The notes beneath the pieces were generated by a model, which had not been told where the DNA came from, ran no database searches, and worked only from the letters and a program-made list of their open reading frames with translations. Position numbers and translations under genes: made by a program. From Aplysia californica (lineage: Eukaryota): 59,455 nt of DNA. Of this stretch, positions 1-11,632 are shown one piece after another (positions within the stretch are counted from its first letter, which is position 1; each line of letters starts with the position of its first letter). The DNA is taken from assembly GCF_000002075.1 (NCBI RefSeq), contig NW_004797733.1, positions 298,502 to 357,956 on the forward strand, written 5' to 3'.

Positions 1-1320
1 GGGGGGGGTGGTCCATAAGTCTTTGGTCTGGATACGAAAGAATGATGGTTGAGTAATGAAATTTCACCAGCCTTAAGACGATTTCTTTGGAACATATAAA
101 CTCACATCTTTGTTGGACAGCTGTTAAACAGCTCAAGTGAAACAAGAATCACTATGGGGTCAATAAAAAGGCACTAGTCAGCGTGTTCAATGAAACCAGG
201 CACAAAAACACAAAACGTTTATTTGTCTTTGCTGAAGCTGTGCCATGGAGCCTGTTGAATATCACTGAGTTATCAAGTTTTTATATTTGCAAGGAAAATA
301 CCCTTTCGGGCATTTTTCAGGAAATGGTCCAAGTTTATGGTAACAAATATCCTTATTACAATATTATTGTGGCATACTGGTTAAGAACATTCAAATCTGG
401 ATTCATGTCGGTGACGGATGAAGATCGTGAAGATTTTTTGTGGTAATTGAAGAGAATGTATCCATAGTGAAGAAACTGGTTTACAAGACCGACGAATAAC
501 TGTTAAACAGCTCTCAAGTGAAACGAGAATAAGTGTAGGGTCAATTAAAACCATTCTGCATGACCATCTTAACATTAATAAAGTGTCTGCGCGGCGGATA
601 CCCAGCCTTTTGACAAATGAGCAAAAAAGCAGAGGATTGAGTCCTGCAAAACTTTCTTTCCAGTTGAGTCCAAGTCCAATGATACATATTTCTTTTAAAA
701 CATGGTGGCTATGTCGGAAACATGGATTTACCATTTTGATCAGAACAAAAAATGTCCCTCATGCCATAGAAAACCCCTTCTTCTGCCTCACCAAGGAAGG
801 CAAAGGTAACATCGTCAAGTGGAAAGGTCATGCTGTCGTGTTTCTGGGGTTGTGAAGGTATCATCATGACTGACTACCTGGAAAATGGAAAAGCAGCCAC
901 AGGAGACTCAATCTACTCGGGTTAACTGATAAAATTGCGGTCTGAATTGGTGATAAAAAGGGGTGAAAAACTCCGTAATAGGGTCCTCCAACTGCATAAC
1001 ACAGGGCACAACAAGCAACCAGACAGAAGAACAGTGCGGCTTTGAAATCCTGTCACACTCAGCTCTTTCACCAGACCTTGCCCCCTCAGACTTTTTTCTG
1101 TTTCCTGATCTTAATAAAATCACTCAAATCACGTCGTTTCCTTGACAACGAGGACGCCATTGAAGCTGTTGAAGACTGGTTAGGGCTCCATTCTAGGTCA
1201 TTTTTCTGTGTTACTTTGCATGGTGACTAGGTAAAAAAATAAAAGTATGTGTGCCATGTTACAAAGCTCTATCTTTATTCCTTCATATTTAGACCAAAGA
1301 CTTCTTGAACCTCCCTCATA
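1..1320 (+). mobile_element. Degenerate mariner (Tc1/mariner) DNA transposon with frameshifted transposase
   Basis: Imperfect TIRs: 1-43 (...GGTCCATAAGTCTTTGGTCTGGATACGAAAGAAT) vs reverse complement of 1277-1318 (GAGGGAGGTTCAAGAAGTCTTTGGTCTAAATATGAAGGAAT), followed by TA at 1319-1320. Transposase motifs in shifting frames: TVKQLSSETRISVGSIKTILHDHL (HTH), KVSARRIPSLLT (WVPHEL-like), GKVML..WGCEGIIMTDYL, HSALSPDLAPSDFFLFPDL (YSPDLAP motif), RRFLDNEDAIEAVEDWL. Confidence 0.92.
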
Positions 1321-2142
1321 TGCTGTTGTCTCGTCAGAGTTGAGTCAAGGTTAACATTGCTGTATATTCATATCATTTTGAAGGTTTTTCCTGAATAGCC
1401 ANNNNNNNNNNNNNNNNNNNNNNNNNNNNNNNNNNNNNNNNNNNNNNNNNNNNNNNNNNNNNNNNNNNNNNNNNNNNNNNNNNNNNNNNNNNNNNNNNNN
1501 NNNNNNNNNNNNNNNNNNNNNNNNNNNNNNNNNNNNNNNNNNNNNNNNNNNNNNNNNNNNNNNNNNNNNNNNNNNNNNNNNNNNNNNNNNNNNNNNNNNN
1601 NNNNNNNNNNNNNNNNNNNNNNNNNNNNNNNNNNNNNNNNNNNNNNNAGGGGGAGGGGGCACGGGGCACAACCAGTGTTCTATGAGGCGAAGTATATTTT
1701 GTTGCTTTTGTTTTATAGGGTTTTTCATTTTTAAAGATAATAACTCATGTTCGCCATCGACGCTGCAGATAGTGGGCGACTTCATGCTTGGGAAGCAGGC
1801 GAAATGGTAACAGCCTCTCCAGGCATCGGGTCACCATAATCCCAGGCCTACGGAAGGCTTTGAGTGGATAACTTGCATTACAAAGGCGCAGCTATTACGA
1901 CAAACACGCGACTCGAATGTACGTGACTTCTTACCCAAGATGAATCCGAGAGCAGCAATTGTGTAGCATCGTGGGGAAATCAGAAGCTCGTCTCGTCAAA
2001 ACAGTGAAATCGCAGACACCGGCATTTTACCGCCGGTTTGGCCATTTGTATCGAATTTGCTGGGGCAGGGGGGTTGGGTTTTTTTGGGGGGTTTTTTTGG
2101 GGGGGGGTTGGTTTGGTTGGGGGGGGGGGTTTGTTGGGTTTT

Positions 2143-2477
2143 GTTTTGGGCTCAATACCTTTAACTTTTCACAACACATTTATGTGTGGAATTTGCGGAA
2201 AATCGTTGATTAACAGCACAAAAAATGTAAATTTTCAGTTTCCATGGACTTCCAAGCCATGGAATTCACTGACCGTGGGCAGCCATTTTCTCGTTAATGT
2301 CACCTTTGAAACCGGGCGACCCCCATCCCCTTCAATTGCATTAATTAAATATCTGGACTTCCTTTCAAGATAGACGGGTATTTTTTTTCGTCGAAAGCAA
2401 GACACATAAACACATTTTAAGATGATATCAATTTACTCTGCATGCCCAAACATTGACGAACGCCTGAATCCACTGCG
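2143..2477. mobile_element. Partial copy of ~400 bp MITE family A (TIR GGAATCAGGCGYTCGTCAA)
   Basis: Ends CATGCCCAAACATTGACGAACGCCTGAATCCAC; internal similarity to the copies at 13915, 25192 and 58168. Confidence 0.7.
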
Positions 2478-2872
2478 TCTTGATAAAATCATTAGGCCTA
2501 TTTCTGTAAAACGGTGGTGAGTATTTCTAGAACTGCTCAGCCCAGATTTTGGACCCACTGCTGAGATTGCTCCAACCCTCAGGAAACAAATCCTCCTTCT
2601 AGCACGTCTTTACACTCCCTTAAAAAATAATTTCACCCGTCTTGTTATTTTCCTGCAGTAATGTACGCTATATGTACGATATGGATCTCTTTACTCAAAG
2701 TCACCTGACATAAAATGTATTTCGAAAGTGGCAGGAGGAAGCCACACTGTTGGTTCTGTTACATTTCTTGTCTCTGTCTCTAGTTCCCCCTTCCCTCCCC
2801 AACCCATTCTTATATCTTTTTTTTTCCTACACGAAATGGTCTCTATCGTGTCAATTTTCTTGGTTTGTTTTT

Positions 2873-2965
2873 TTTAGAGAAGAAACTTTTCCATCACTAT
2901 CCGAGTCGAACCCTGGACCTATTGAATGAGAGGCGAACACTTTATCCTCAAGACCACGAGAGCCC
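2873..2965 (-). mobile_element. tRNA-derived SINE head
   Basis: Minus strand has an A-box (TGGTCTTGAGG) and a B-box (GGTTCGACTCGG); closely similar to 9092-9171. Confidence 0.75.
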
Positions 2966-2975
2966 AATCACACGT

Positions 2976-2984
2976 AACACACAT

Positions 2985-3049
<65 letters not shown>

Positions 3050-3100
3050 CACACACATAAACAAACAACACAAGTAAACACACACACACAAACACACACA
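2976..3100. repeat. (CA)n/(GA)n compound microsatellite
   Basis: Direct inspection. Confidence 0.95.
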
Positions 3101-5669
3101 TTTGAAAGAAGGATACATAAGTCCAGTTTGCGACCAGCACTTTGTAAGCGAGTTTGTTGTCTTGTCATGGTTGTGCAGTACCTGATAATATATGTATGCA
3201 ATTACAATGAACTCGTGGTTAAACGAACTAGCGCCTGGCACTGCGTGGCATCGCCAGCAAGAGCCGGACCCCGCCCCCATCTTGGACGATTATGAGTATC
3301 CATTTCTCTTTTGGTTTCTGCCTAATCTAGCGACTGTCACAGAATATGGAGAAGAACAGAATGTGACCTTGGCTTATACTGGAGGTGGTGTATATGGTAA
3401 ATGTGTTACTTGCAAATAGAAAAAAAAAAAACCTCAACAGTTTGCGAGAATAGTCGTGCAAAGCTTACACCCATAATACAGAGATACTATATTTCAGTAA
3501 CCGTGTTCTAAAACTGGGTTCACTATTATCTCGTGCGGCAAAGGCTGTAAAATCTATTCGTTTTCATGGACTAGAAGGTTAGCGGTTGGCGGCTGCTCTA
3601 GTGTGGTTTGCTCCATCTTTCCTATAGAAAATAAATCGTCCTCTTCCTTTTTTTAAAATGTTCGTTGCTTTCTTGTAACACTTCCCATTTTCGACACTTA
3701 AATGAGTGTGTTGAAAGTTCATTAAAACTCTTATTTAAACTGAAATGCACTAGTATAGAAGCAATGATTGGATTGATTGCTTCTTTCCGGAATGATGACT
3801 GCAGGCGAGAGTGAGAGCCACTGCATGAGCTTGCGAGCTTGTAGAATTTGTAATGTTTTATATATATCTTTGACTGCAAGACTGCCAACAGCTACGAGAA
3901 AAATTTGCCCTTTAAATTAAGAAAAAGAAACTTGGGTGGTGTTTCTCCTGATTCTGCCGTCTATGGACAGAATAGTCTGAAACGGGAAGTGGGGGTTAGG
4001 AGAGTTGCTGATATTTTTCTTGCAAGGGCAAATTTCCTACAATTGTGCTCCCTGTCCTTTTTCTATTTTCTGTAGAGGCGCTTTGTCAGCACGCGCATCC
4101 CAGCGAACCTAGACAAGCAAACCGTGGCAGACAGCACAACCCGGTTGATCTAGAGCACCACCAGTACAGAATCAGTTTATTCCGGAAATGTCATCGTTAT
4201 CATGATCGAACCCCAGCATACTTTTCGCCTTTCAAATCTTCAATGAGATGACTTAACAGTGGGCGGTTCCAGATCGTACCCTAGCACTCTAAAGAGATGA
4301 AATACGGATGCTTCATTCGGCTACAAAGTAATAGGATGCCTGGTGTGAAGGAATAAAGAACAATTGAAAACAATTCAACCATAAGCGTTCGGTTATCTTC
4401 CTTGCAGCAAACACACCAACTGAAACGTAATTGTGTTATTCTGGAAAATTACAACTGAACTATTAACGTCTTCAAGTACATGTATCACAATAGACTAGCC
4501 TAACATATGAACGTCAAAAGAAAGACTGGTGTCAATGTTCATGTGAATAAGTTGTTAGATTTCTTTTGAGCGCCCTGTTGGACCATCGCTGCGGCTGCGG
4601 GGACTAACATTCCATTAATTGGCGCTGGATGACCCCAGGTTGTTACAAGTCTTGAAATAAACGACCCATTGTAGATCCATCGAAGTCGTGTTTTCTTATT
4701 GTTGGTAAGTTGACTGCAACAAAATCGGGCTACTGAGTGCACCTTTTTAGAGCACAAACCAAAGTTCATGCCGTTTTAATGGCCTTTGTTAATGGTGGGT
4801 TTTTTTGGCTGGGTTTGTTTGTTTTTAAAGGTTGACTCCATACGAGACACCCCAAAAATATAATATAAATAAAGGCTGAACTCTTGATTCTACAGTACAA
4901 AATAAAGCAGACAGCGGAAGAGGAGGAGAAACCAATAGCTCAAAGTTTGTTACATATATATATACACATATAATCATGTTGTAATAAACATTTATAAAAG
5001 TAAGTTAGGTATCTCAACGCCTCTTAGGAGTAATGAAAAATACACCTATAGAGTCAGTGTTTGGTATCTGTCCTTTGTGACAAATTGATTCCAAGTAACC
5101 GTGGCCTGCAGAGGAATCGAAATTGTCAGAAAATTGAGCTAAAAAGGGTTTTCTCGGCATGCCGACAAAAGGTTTTTAAATAAACAGCGAAAGAATTTTT
5201 TTTTAATTTTAAATATTGAAGTACACAAACATAGAGCCTCCACCACAATCTCACATCCTCAGATGGTGTGACCCTTTCCCTTCCCTTGCTATAAACACCT
5301 TATACAACCACTCAAATGAGCAAACAGTTTCACTTTCTAATTAAAACCATGAATGTCATCAGTTAATAAGACAATAAGAGACGCATTTGAGTTTACTTGT
5401 ATTTTGCAGCGTTTTTATTTGTGGTTGATTATGTTTTTGTAAAGTTTATGTAAATGTGAGCTCTAAAATGTTTGTAAATGAATAAGTATTGCATGTGTAT
5501 GCTACGACTATTGTCCCGCAGGAGCAGTAATAAATTTAATTGTCCTTCAACGAACGCAGAAGGAAAAAAGGAGATGATATAAAAAGAGAAACAAACAACA
5601 ACAAAAAAACAAAGACTAATGAATATCTTCATTTCTTTCTTCATAGATCAACTCAGAGGAGCTGCAGTC

Positions 5670-6466
5670 ATGTCTAACAGCACCAATAGTAGCAACATAA
5701 TCAAGCTCACCATAGACCTCAAGGCTCTCGACACGGCTCAAAACAGCTTTTATGGAATCTTCATCGTCCTCGGAGTACCGATCAACCTATGGTTCCTTGT
5801 TGCCCTGCTACGGTCACCAGAATTCCAAGCCAGACTCAGGAACAAACTGGTGTCGAGTTTACTTGTCGCTCAGTTACTGGAAACTGGTGTCATTATGTCG
5901 GTGTACCTGATTGTCAAGTTTGTGTTTCGAAGTCGATCGTTTACACCCGAAATGTGCTCCGTGATGAGTTTGTCCAGAAACTTAACCATTATACAGGATT
6001 TTATTGCCAACTGGACTGTTGTGTTGATAGTAGCCGTCTTTTTGGCACAGGTGAATGATTTCGATTTGTCCCACAGGCTCACTCCTTTAGCTTTGAGAAT
6101 AGTAGGCATTGGCTTACCGGCTATTCCCTGGTTTGTTTCCCTCTTGTTGATCCCCATTATCACAAAAGTCGAAGCCATTCCCAAGTTTTTCTGCGTTTTG
6201 GCTAAAAAGCAATCAATGGTTATTTTCAAGTCACTCGACTGCATCGTTCCGATACTTGCAGCTACCGTTCTGTTGGCTGTGGCTGCTTTTCAGAAGCGGC
6301 GGCGCTACGCTGCAGGCTCCGGCGTGATGAAGTCGGAGTTGATAGGCCGTGGCCCTCAGATTGACAGTGTCATCCCTTATGTCGTCATTGTGTCCACTGC
6401 CATCGTCTTCGACTCCCCAAACATGACGCGCTTCTTCGGCTACCCGTTCGAGAACTGGAATTCGAG
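5670..6466 (+). CDS. Divergent 7TM class A GPCR (chemoreceptor-like), coding exon 1 (TM1-TM6)
   Basis: Acceptor TTCTTCATAG at 5646/5647, then ATG at 5670. N-terminus MSNSTNSS has N-glycosylation sequons. Hydrophobic helices: FYGIFIVLGVPINLWFLVALL, LVSSLLVAQLL, C..NWTVVLIVAVFL, IPWFVSLLLIP, ECL2 Cys, DCIVPILAATVLL, PYVVIVSTAIVFDSP. Donor AG|GTAACG after 6466 (phase 2). Confidence 0.85.
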
Positions 6467-7205
6467 GTAACGCTTGAGTTTTTCAGTGCATTAACAATTG
6501 CCCCCCCCCCCCCTCTCCCCGGTAATGCTGTTTCCCAGTGCAAATAGTGAAGACTCACTAGGACGCGCGCATTTCACTGTCGATTTATGTTCCACTCTGT
6601 TTGAAGACTACGATATGTTAGTTGGTGCAGTATTCTCCTACCTCTTTAAATTATTNNNNNNNNNNNNNNNNNNNNNNNNNNNNNNNNNNNNNNNNNNNNN
6701 NNNNNNNNNNNNNNNNNNNNNNNNNNNNNNNNNNNNNNNNNNNNNNNNNNNNNNNNNNNNNNNNNNNNNNNNNNNNNNNNNNNNNNNNNNNNNNNNNNNN
6801 NNNNNNNNNNNNNNNNNNNNNNNNNNNNNNNNNNNNNNNNNNNNNNNNNNNNNNNNNNNNNNNNNNNNNNNNNNNNNNNNNTATTATTGAAGTTCGTTTT
6901 GTTGAGAGCGTCATATTATATCAACTATAACGATATTATAGGTCGAATTCTGTTAATTGACATACAAACAAGGTCTAATCGTAACTGAGAACAGAAAATC
7001 ATCTAACAATACTTCCACATCAGTCTGATATCTATATGATAGTCCCAGAGTCAAAAGTTATTTCCTGAGTAACAGGGGGTTCTTACAATGGTGTGTATTT
7101 CTTGTGGTTTTTTTATTCATTCATTCTGGTCATTTTGATATACCAGACGAATATTACAGAAACTAAATGTAATAACAGAACAGTAACATGCTATTGTCTT
7201 TGCAG

Positions 7206-7377
7206 GATCATCTTTGTATACGTTTCCCATCTGCTGGTCAACGCTCGCTCCGTGGTTATGCCAGCAATTTTGCTCCTCCTCCCTGATGTGAGAGAGCGAA
7301 TCAAAACATGGCGCCCCTGGTATCGCCCCGCCCAGGGCATTGACTTGACGGTCGGGTACACTACAGAACAGGCGTGA
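7206..7377 (+). CDS. 7TM GPCR coding exon 2 (TM7, helix 8, C-tail)
   Basis: Acceptor TTGTCTTTGCAG|G, phase 2, matches exon 1. Encodes IIFVYVSHLLVNARSVVMPAILLLLPDVRERIKTW...EQA*. Spliced ORF is 969 nt (322 aa plus stop). Confidence 0.85.
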
Positions 7378-7889
7378 ATGGCCGAGAACACATGTCAGTC
7401 AACGAAATTAACATGATAAATTCTTTTTGAAAATGTAAGTGTTTATATTTCGAGTATTTGTATCATATTACTGTGGGCTTCATAATAGTATTGCTCCCTC
7501 TAGTGTCTAAAGTAAAACTATGAATCCCCCCAATCCAAACCCTTAAAAAATAATAGATGTCCGCCTTCCGGATATTTATACTTCAAATGATCATCCCATT
7601 CCCTCGACCTGTATTCGCCCGGCCTTTTGCAAAATATGATAACTCTTCTATAATTGTTTAAAACTCTTCATACGCCCCCCCCCCCCCCTTACCACCCTAC
7701 CCACCACTTTCCACCACCCCTAAAAAAATATGCCAGTTGCAGGTGCAATGTTCCTTAAGGTTCCTAAATGTTTATGTTTTTGTGAGCGTGTGCGCGTGTG
7801 TGTATGTTTGTAAATGCGTATAATAGTATGCGTGTGCTTATGTGCACATAAACGAAATTTGAAAAGAAGAGAGGAGGGTGTGAGAAGAA

Positions 7890-8187
7890 AAAACGAACGA
7901 AAGAGACAGACAGACAGACAGACGACGGGAAAGAGAAAGCAAACGAGAGAGAGAGAGGGGGGGNNNNNNNNNNNNNNNNNNNNNNNNNNNNNNNNNNNNN
8001 NNNNNNNNNNNNNNNNNNNNNNNNNNNNNNNNNNNNNNNNNNNNNNNNNNNNNNNNNNNNNNNGAAAGAGAAAGCAAACGAGAGAGAGAGAGGGGGGGGG
8101 GGGTGTGTAACGAACGAAAGAGACAGACAGACAGACAGACGACGGGAAAGAGAAAGCAAACGAGAGAGAGAGAGGGGGGGGGGGGTC
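7890..8187. repeat. Compound (GACA)/(GA)/polyG tandem repeat spanning an assembly gap
   Basis: The unit AACGAACGAAAGAGACAGACAG...GACGGGAAAGAGAAAGCAAACGAGAGAG..GGGG recurs on both sides of the gap. Confidence 0.85.
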
Positions 8188-8685
8188 TCACTGTTGTGTG
8201 TATTTCTTGTGACTTTTCGTTTCAACTGAAATTTGCGTGTTGACTTTGTGGAGTGCGCGCACATTTTTTAGTTTAAGACCAAATTATGAGTCTGCTACTG
8301 TGTGTAAAGATGAATATCGTAACAGAAACAAAAGGCGCAGCTATCAAAACATCACTTACACATTTATATTTTGACCATTTTAATTTTGCTAGAATCTAGT
8401 ACAGTGACGTCATATAATTTTTTATGAGTTTTATTTTCTTTTTACGTATCTCTTGATACTCGAAAAATGTGCAACATTATAGATTTAACGCTCCTTTCAC
8501 CATTGTAAGTTTATAAAAGAAGCGGTTACTTAATACGCGGTACTAACCGTCACCCAGAATAAGATCTAATATGAACAATTGTATAGCCCTTGACACGTAA
8601 ATCATGATATAGGAACTGTAACTTTTCATTTTACTCAAAGAGGGGGAAATAGTTGGGTTTTTTGCGGGGGGTTTTTTTGGTAAAT

Positions 8686-9171
8686 GTTTTACGGCGCTCG
8701 AAACAGGTCATATGAGCACACAGGACACATTAAACGTTTTTCAGTTGGCAGGAAATTTTGAATTTTGCCCGGGTGGCGGCCGAAGCCTACTCTTATCGAT
8801 CTTAGACCACCAAGGGATCTTTAACGTGAGCAACTTGCACACGAAACCTCCGAGATTTTTCGCCCTTGTCCGAGAAGGCCAGGTGTAGATCTTTCCCACC
8901 AGAAGATCAGGGGTGTGGCTGAAAGACAGCAGTAAGAAGGAGCCAAGGAGTAGCAGTTGAAAGGCGGCTGAAAAAGTCAGGAGACCAGAGGAGGGGGCAA
9001 AAGAGGTGATGGAGTGGAGGCAGAAAGTAGAGACGAAAGCAGACGATAGAACATTGCAAGAGAACAGGAAAGGAGGTGAAAGGAGACAATTTTAGAGAAG
9101 AAAATTTTCCGGTCGCTACCCGTATTCGAACCCGGGACCTTTGAATAAGAGGCGAACACCTTAACCTCTAA
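8686..9171 (-). mobile_element. Near full-length tRNA-derived SINE (head, central domain, shared 3' tail)
   Basis: tRNA-like head at 9092-9171 with B-box GGTTCGAATAC on minus. Central CCTACTCTT...GGGATCTTTAACGTG resembles the Deu/Nin SINE core (from recall, unverified). Tail GTTTTACGGCGCTCG..GGTCATATGAGC is shared with 12478, 17104, 19541, 22218 and 22470. Confidence 0.65.
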
Positions 9172-9697
9172 NNNNNNNNNNNNNNNNNNNNNNNNNNNNN
9201 NNNNNNNNNNNNNNNNNNNNNNNNNNNNNNNNNNNNNNNNNNNNNNNNNNNNNNNNNNNNNNNNNNNNNNNGCGGGGGTTACACACAGGAAGGAACGATT
9301 TGCTTGGATGACCCAATTTGTATGCAAACGTTTTAGAAGCTCGATAATGTCATATTTATAGTAAGCCCATTAGCCATAGAACGTTTTCTACGCGATATTT
9401 CATTTAAAAAGAAGCATTTTAAAGCGATCGCAGGGAGGACTTAGTGCCGATCGCTGTGGTGGTGGTCAGGCTGTAGGCTACTCTTTGTCGTATGCAGTTG
9501 TTTGGGTTACTGCTCCTAGAGTTTGGAGGTAGCTATTTTCGTCCTCTGTCTCCATTTCTATTTTTTTTTGTTTTTTTTTGTTGGGTTTTTCCCCCATTTT
9601 TCTTGTTTGTCTAGTGGATATATTATTGTTCTGGAAGAGTGGTGGGCGTGTGTGAGGGAGGGAAGGGGTGGGGCGGGGATGTAAGGGTATGGGTGGG

Positions 9698-9759
9698 GGT
9701 GTGTGTGTGTGTGAGTGTGTGTGTGTGGAGAGGTGGGAGGGGTGTGTGCATGTGCTTAA

Positions 9760-9822
<63 letters not shown>
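9698..9822. repeat. (TG)n microsatellite
   Basis: Direct inspection. Confidence 0.95.
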
Positions 9823-9824
<2 letters not shown>

Positions 9825-10289
9825 TGACTCCGAAAAGTCCGAAGATTAAATCTCCGATTAGGAGTTCCTCAATTATATGAATGAGTGAGCCCCAATGTGT
9901 GTTATTTATCTCTGTAGTAGACAGCATGATTTCCCACCCCTGCTCCTTAGATTGTCTCTTAACGTTGAATAAGATTAAAAGAAGCATCAAAACGATAAAG
10001 ACGTCTGTTGAAGTTACTATTTCTTCCTGTCTGTTTCGTGATTTGACCAACGACTCAATAAATGAGTGTATTCTGTATGACTTTGAGTAAGGAGGAGAAC
10101 ATCAACACGAAAACAGCCAGTTAGAGCTGGAAAAAAAAAGCAAGACTAAAGACAATTTTTAGCGGAGGATTTTATAATACCCCCATCGATATAGTTTAGA
10201 TCATCAAATTTTAGGAGGAAGTTTTCTACCCTGTCTGTCAGGGTCAACCCGGATTTCATGTATCGTTCTAACAGAATACCAAGATACTT

Positions 10290-10379
10290 GATCTCGATAA
10301 AAATTCTCGCCACATGAGAATCAAACTCGGGTCTTCTGCATTCGACAGAGAAGGACCTAACCTCTATTCTACAGACACC
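10290..10379 (-). mobile_element. Degenerate tRNA-like SINE head
   Basis: Minus strand GGTGTCTGTAGAATAGAGGTTAGG...GACCCGAGTTTGATTCTC with decayed A/B boxes. Confidence 0.5.
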
Positions 10380-11626
10380 AGCAGTGTTAGACCAAGATCG
10401 ACAGACCGACAGAAAGCTGACAAGGTAAAGTAAAAGAGTAGGGTCATTCAATAGCGCCCTCCATCCACCCGAGTATTCGTCTTGAAATAACGTTGACCTC
10501 AAGCAAAAGCTCCTAACTTTGATGCATTTTGGAGAATGGCATGGAGAGAATGAAATTACCCAAGGACTTCCTAGAACTAACTATTTTTCAATAAGGTTGT
10601 CTGAGACGAAGAATCCTAACTCAATTATCCCATCCGTGATAGAAGACTACTCAAACAAATTTTCGTGTAGTCCAAGAATGCAAATTTGGGATGGATCAAA
10701 TCAGGTCATCCACCACATGCTGTACGAGAGACTTGCTGAGTGAACGCCCATATCAGATTAAAAAGACCACACACAATGAACAGTTCAAATGCAAAATAGA
10801 AACAAGTTGAAAAGCTAACAGTCTGACGAGTCATCTGGTGGGGTGGGGGGTTTTTTCTTTTCTTTTTTTGTTTTTTTTTTACTTTCTTTTTTGTTACAAC
10901 ACATACGTGAGTTTGAGTTTGCACTCAGATGGTACAATAGTACCAGATTTTTTAATTACGCATGCACACGGGTAAGACATGAATTATGAATATAATCCCT
11001 GAACGAACCATATCGAGTCTGCTGATCTATCATGGTAAATCACTTGCGGGTAATCTTATACTAATCATGTAGAAGGTACCTATAATAAAGTCTCTAACTA
11101 AGTAACTTAACTGAAAACAACAGTCAAAAGACAAAGATTGGGCTTAAGACCTGCACATGATAAATTCATGTTCTGCACTGACAAGTGAAAATGCAGTTAA
11201 AATGCAACATTTGTCATTTCCAAAAAAATATGTCTTTGGGGAGCTGCAAAATAAGTACCACTTCGAAGTTCGTCGACTGGTACATTACATGAAAAGGCGT
11301 CGTGTAGTCGGTAGCAACTTAATGTTGACATTTTCATGAATAGTTTTAGTAAGATCAATTTAACAAATTGCCTTTAATATAAAAGTACTGTTTATCCTTT
11401 TCCCCACTTCTGAGCATTGCCACTGCTCATTGAAAAAAATATTTTATGATTTCATTCACATGGTCGTCACCAGCACACCTGATTAGGATAAGTAACTTTT
11501 CTTCGCCTGCTTCATATCTGATTTATAAATAGTCATGTTTGAACCCATACATTATGACAAACAAATGCATTCTTCAACACATTAAAAAGAACAAGCAACA
11601 CATTTTGTAACAGACTTGTGTCTTCA

Positions 11627-11632
11627 TTTATT
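11627..11632 (-). promoter_or_regulatory. Candidate distal polyadenylation signal (AATAAA) of the coiled-coil gene
   Basis: AATAAA on minus, followed ~30 nt later by a GU/U-rich stretch TGTTGCTTGTTCTTTTT. Confidence 0.35.

Noticed and set aside
2873-2965. tRNA gene
   Set aside because: No complete cloverleaf or acceptor stem, and it is repeated with shared non-tRNA flanks at 9092-9171, so it is a SINE head.
3192-3419. 75-aa ORF (MNSWLNELAPG...)
   Set aside because: No recognisable motif or splice support.
4560-4710. Possible 5' UTR exon of the GPCR ending TTG|GTAAGT
   Set aside because: Only a donor-like hexamer supports it; it cannot be confirmed without transcripts.
5619-5669. ORF-track start MNIFISFFIDQ for the GPCR
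   Set aside because: It overlaps a polypyrimidine tract and acceptor (exon starts 5647); MSNSTNSS at 5670 is the more plausible start.
9478-10050. 190-aa minus-strand ORF, and other ORFs through microsatellites or N gaps
   Set aside because: Open only because of (TG)n repeats or unknown bases.
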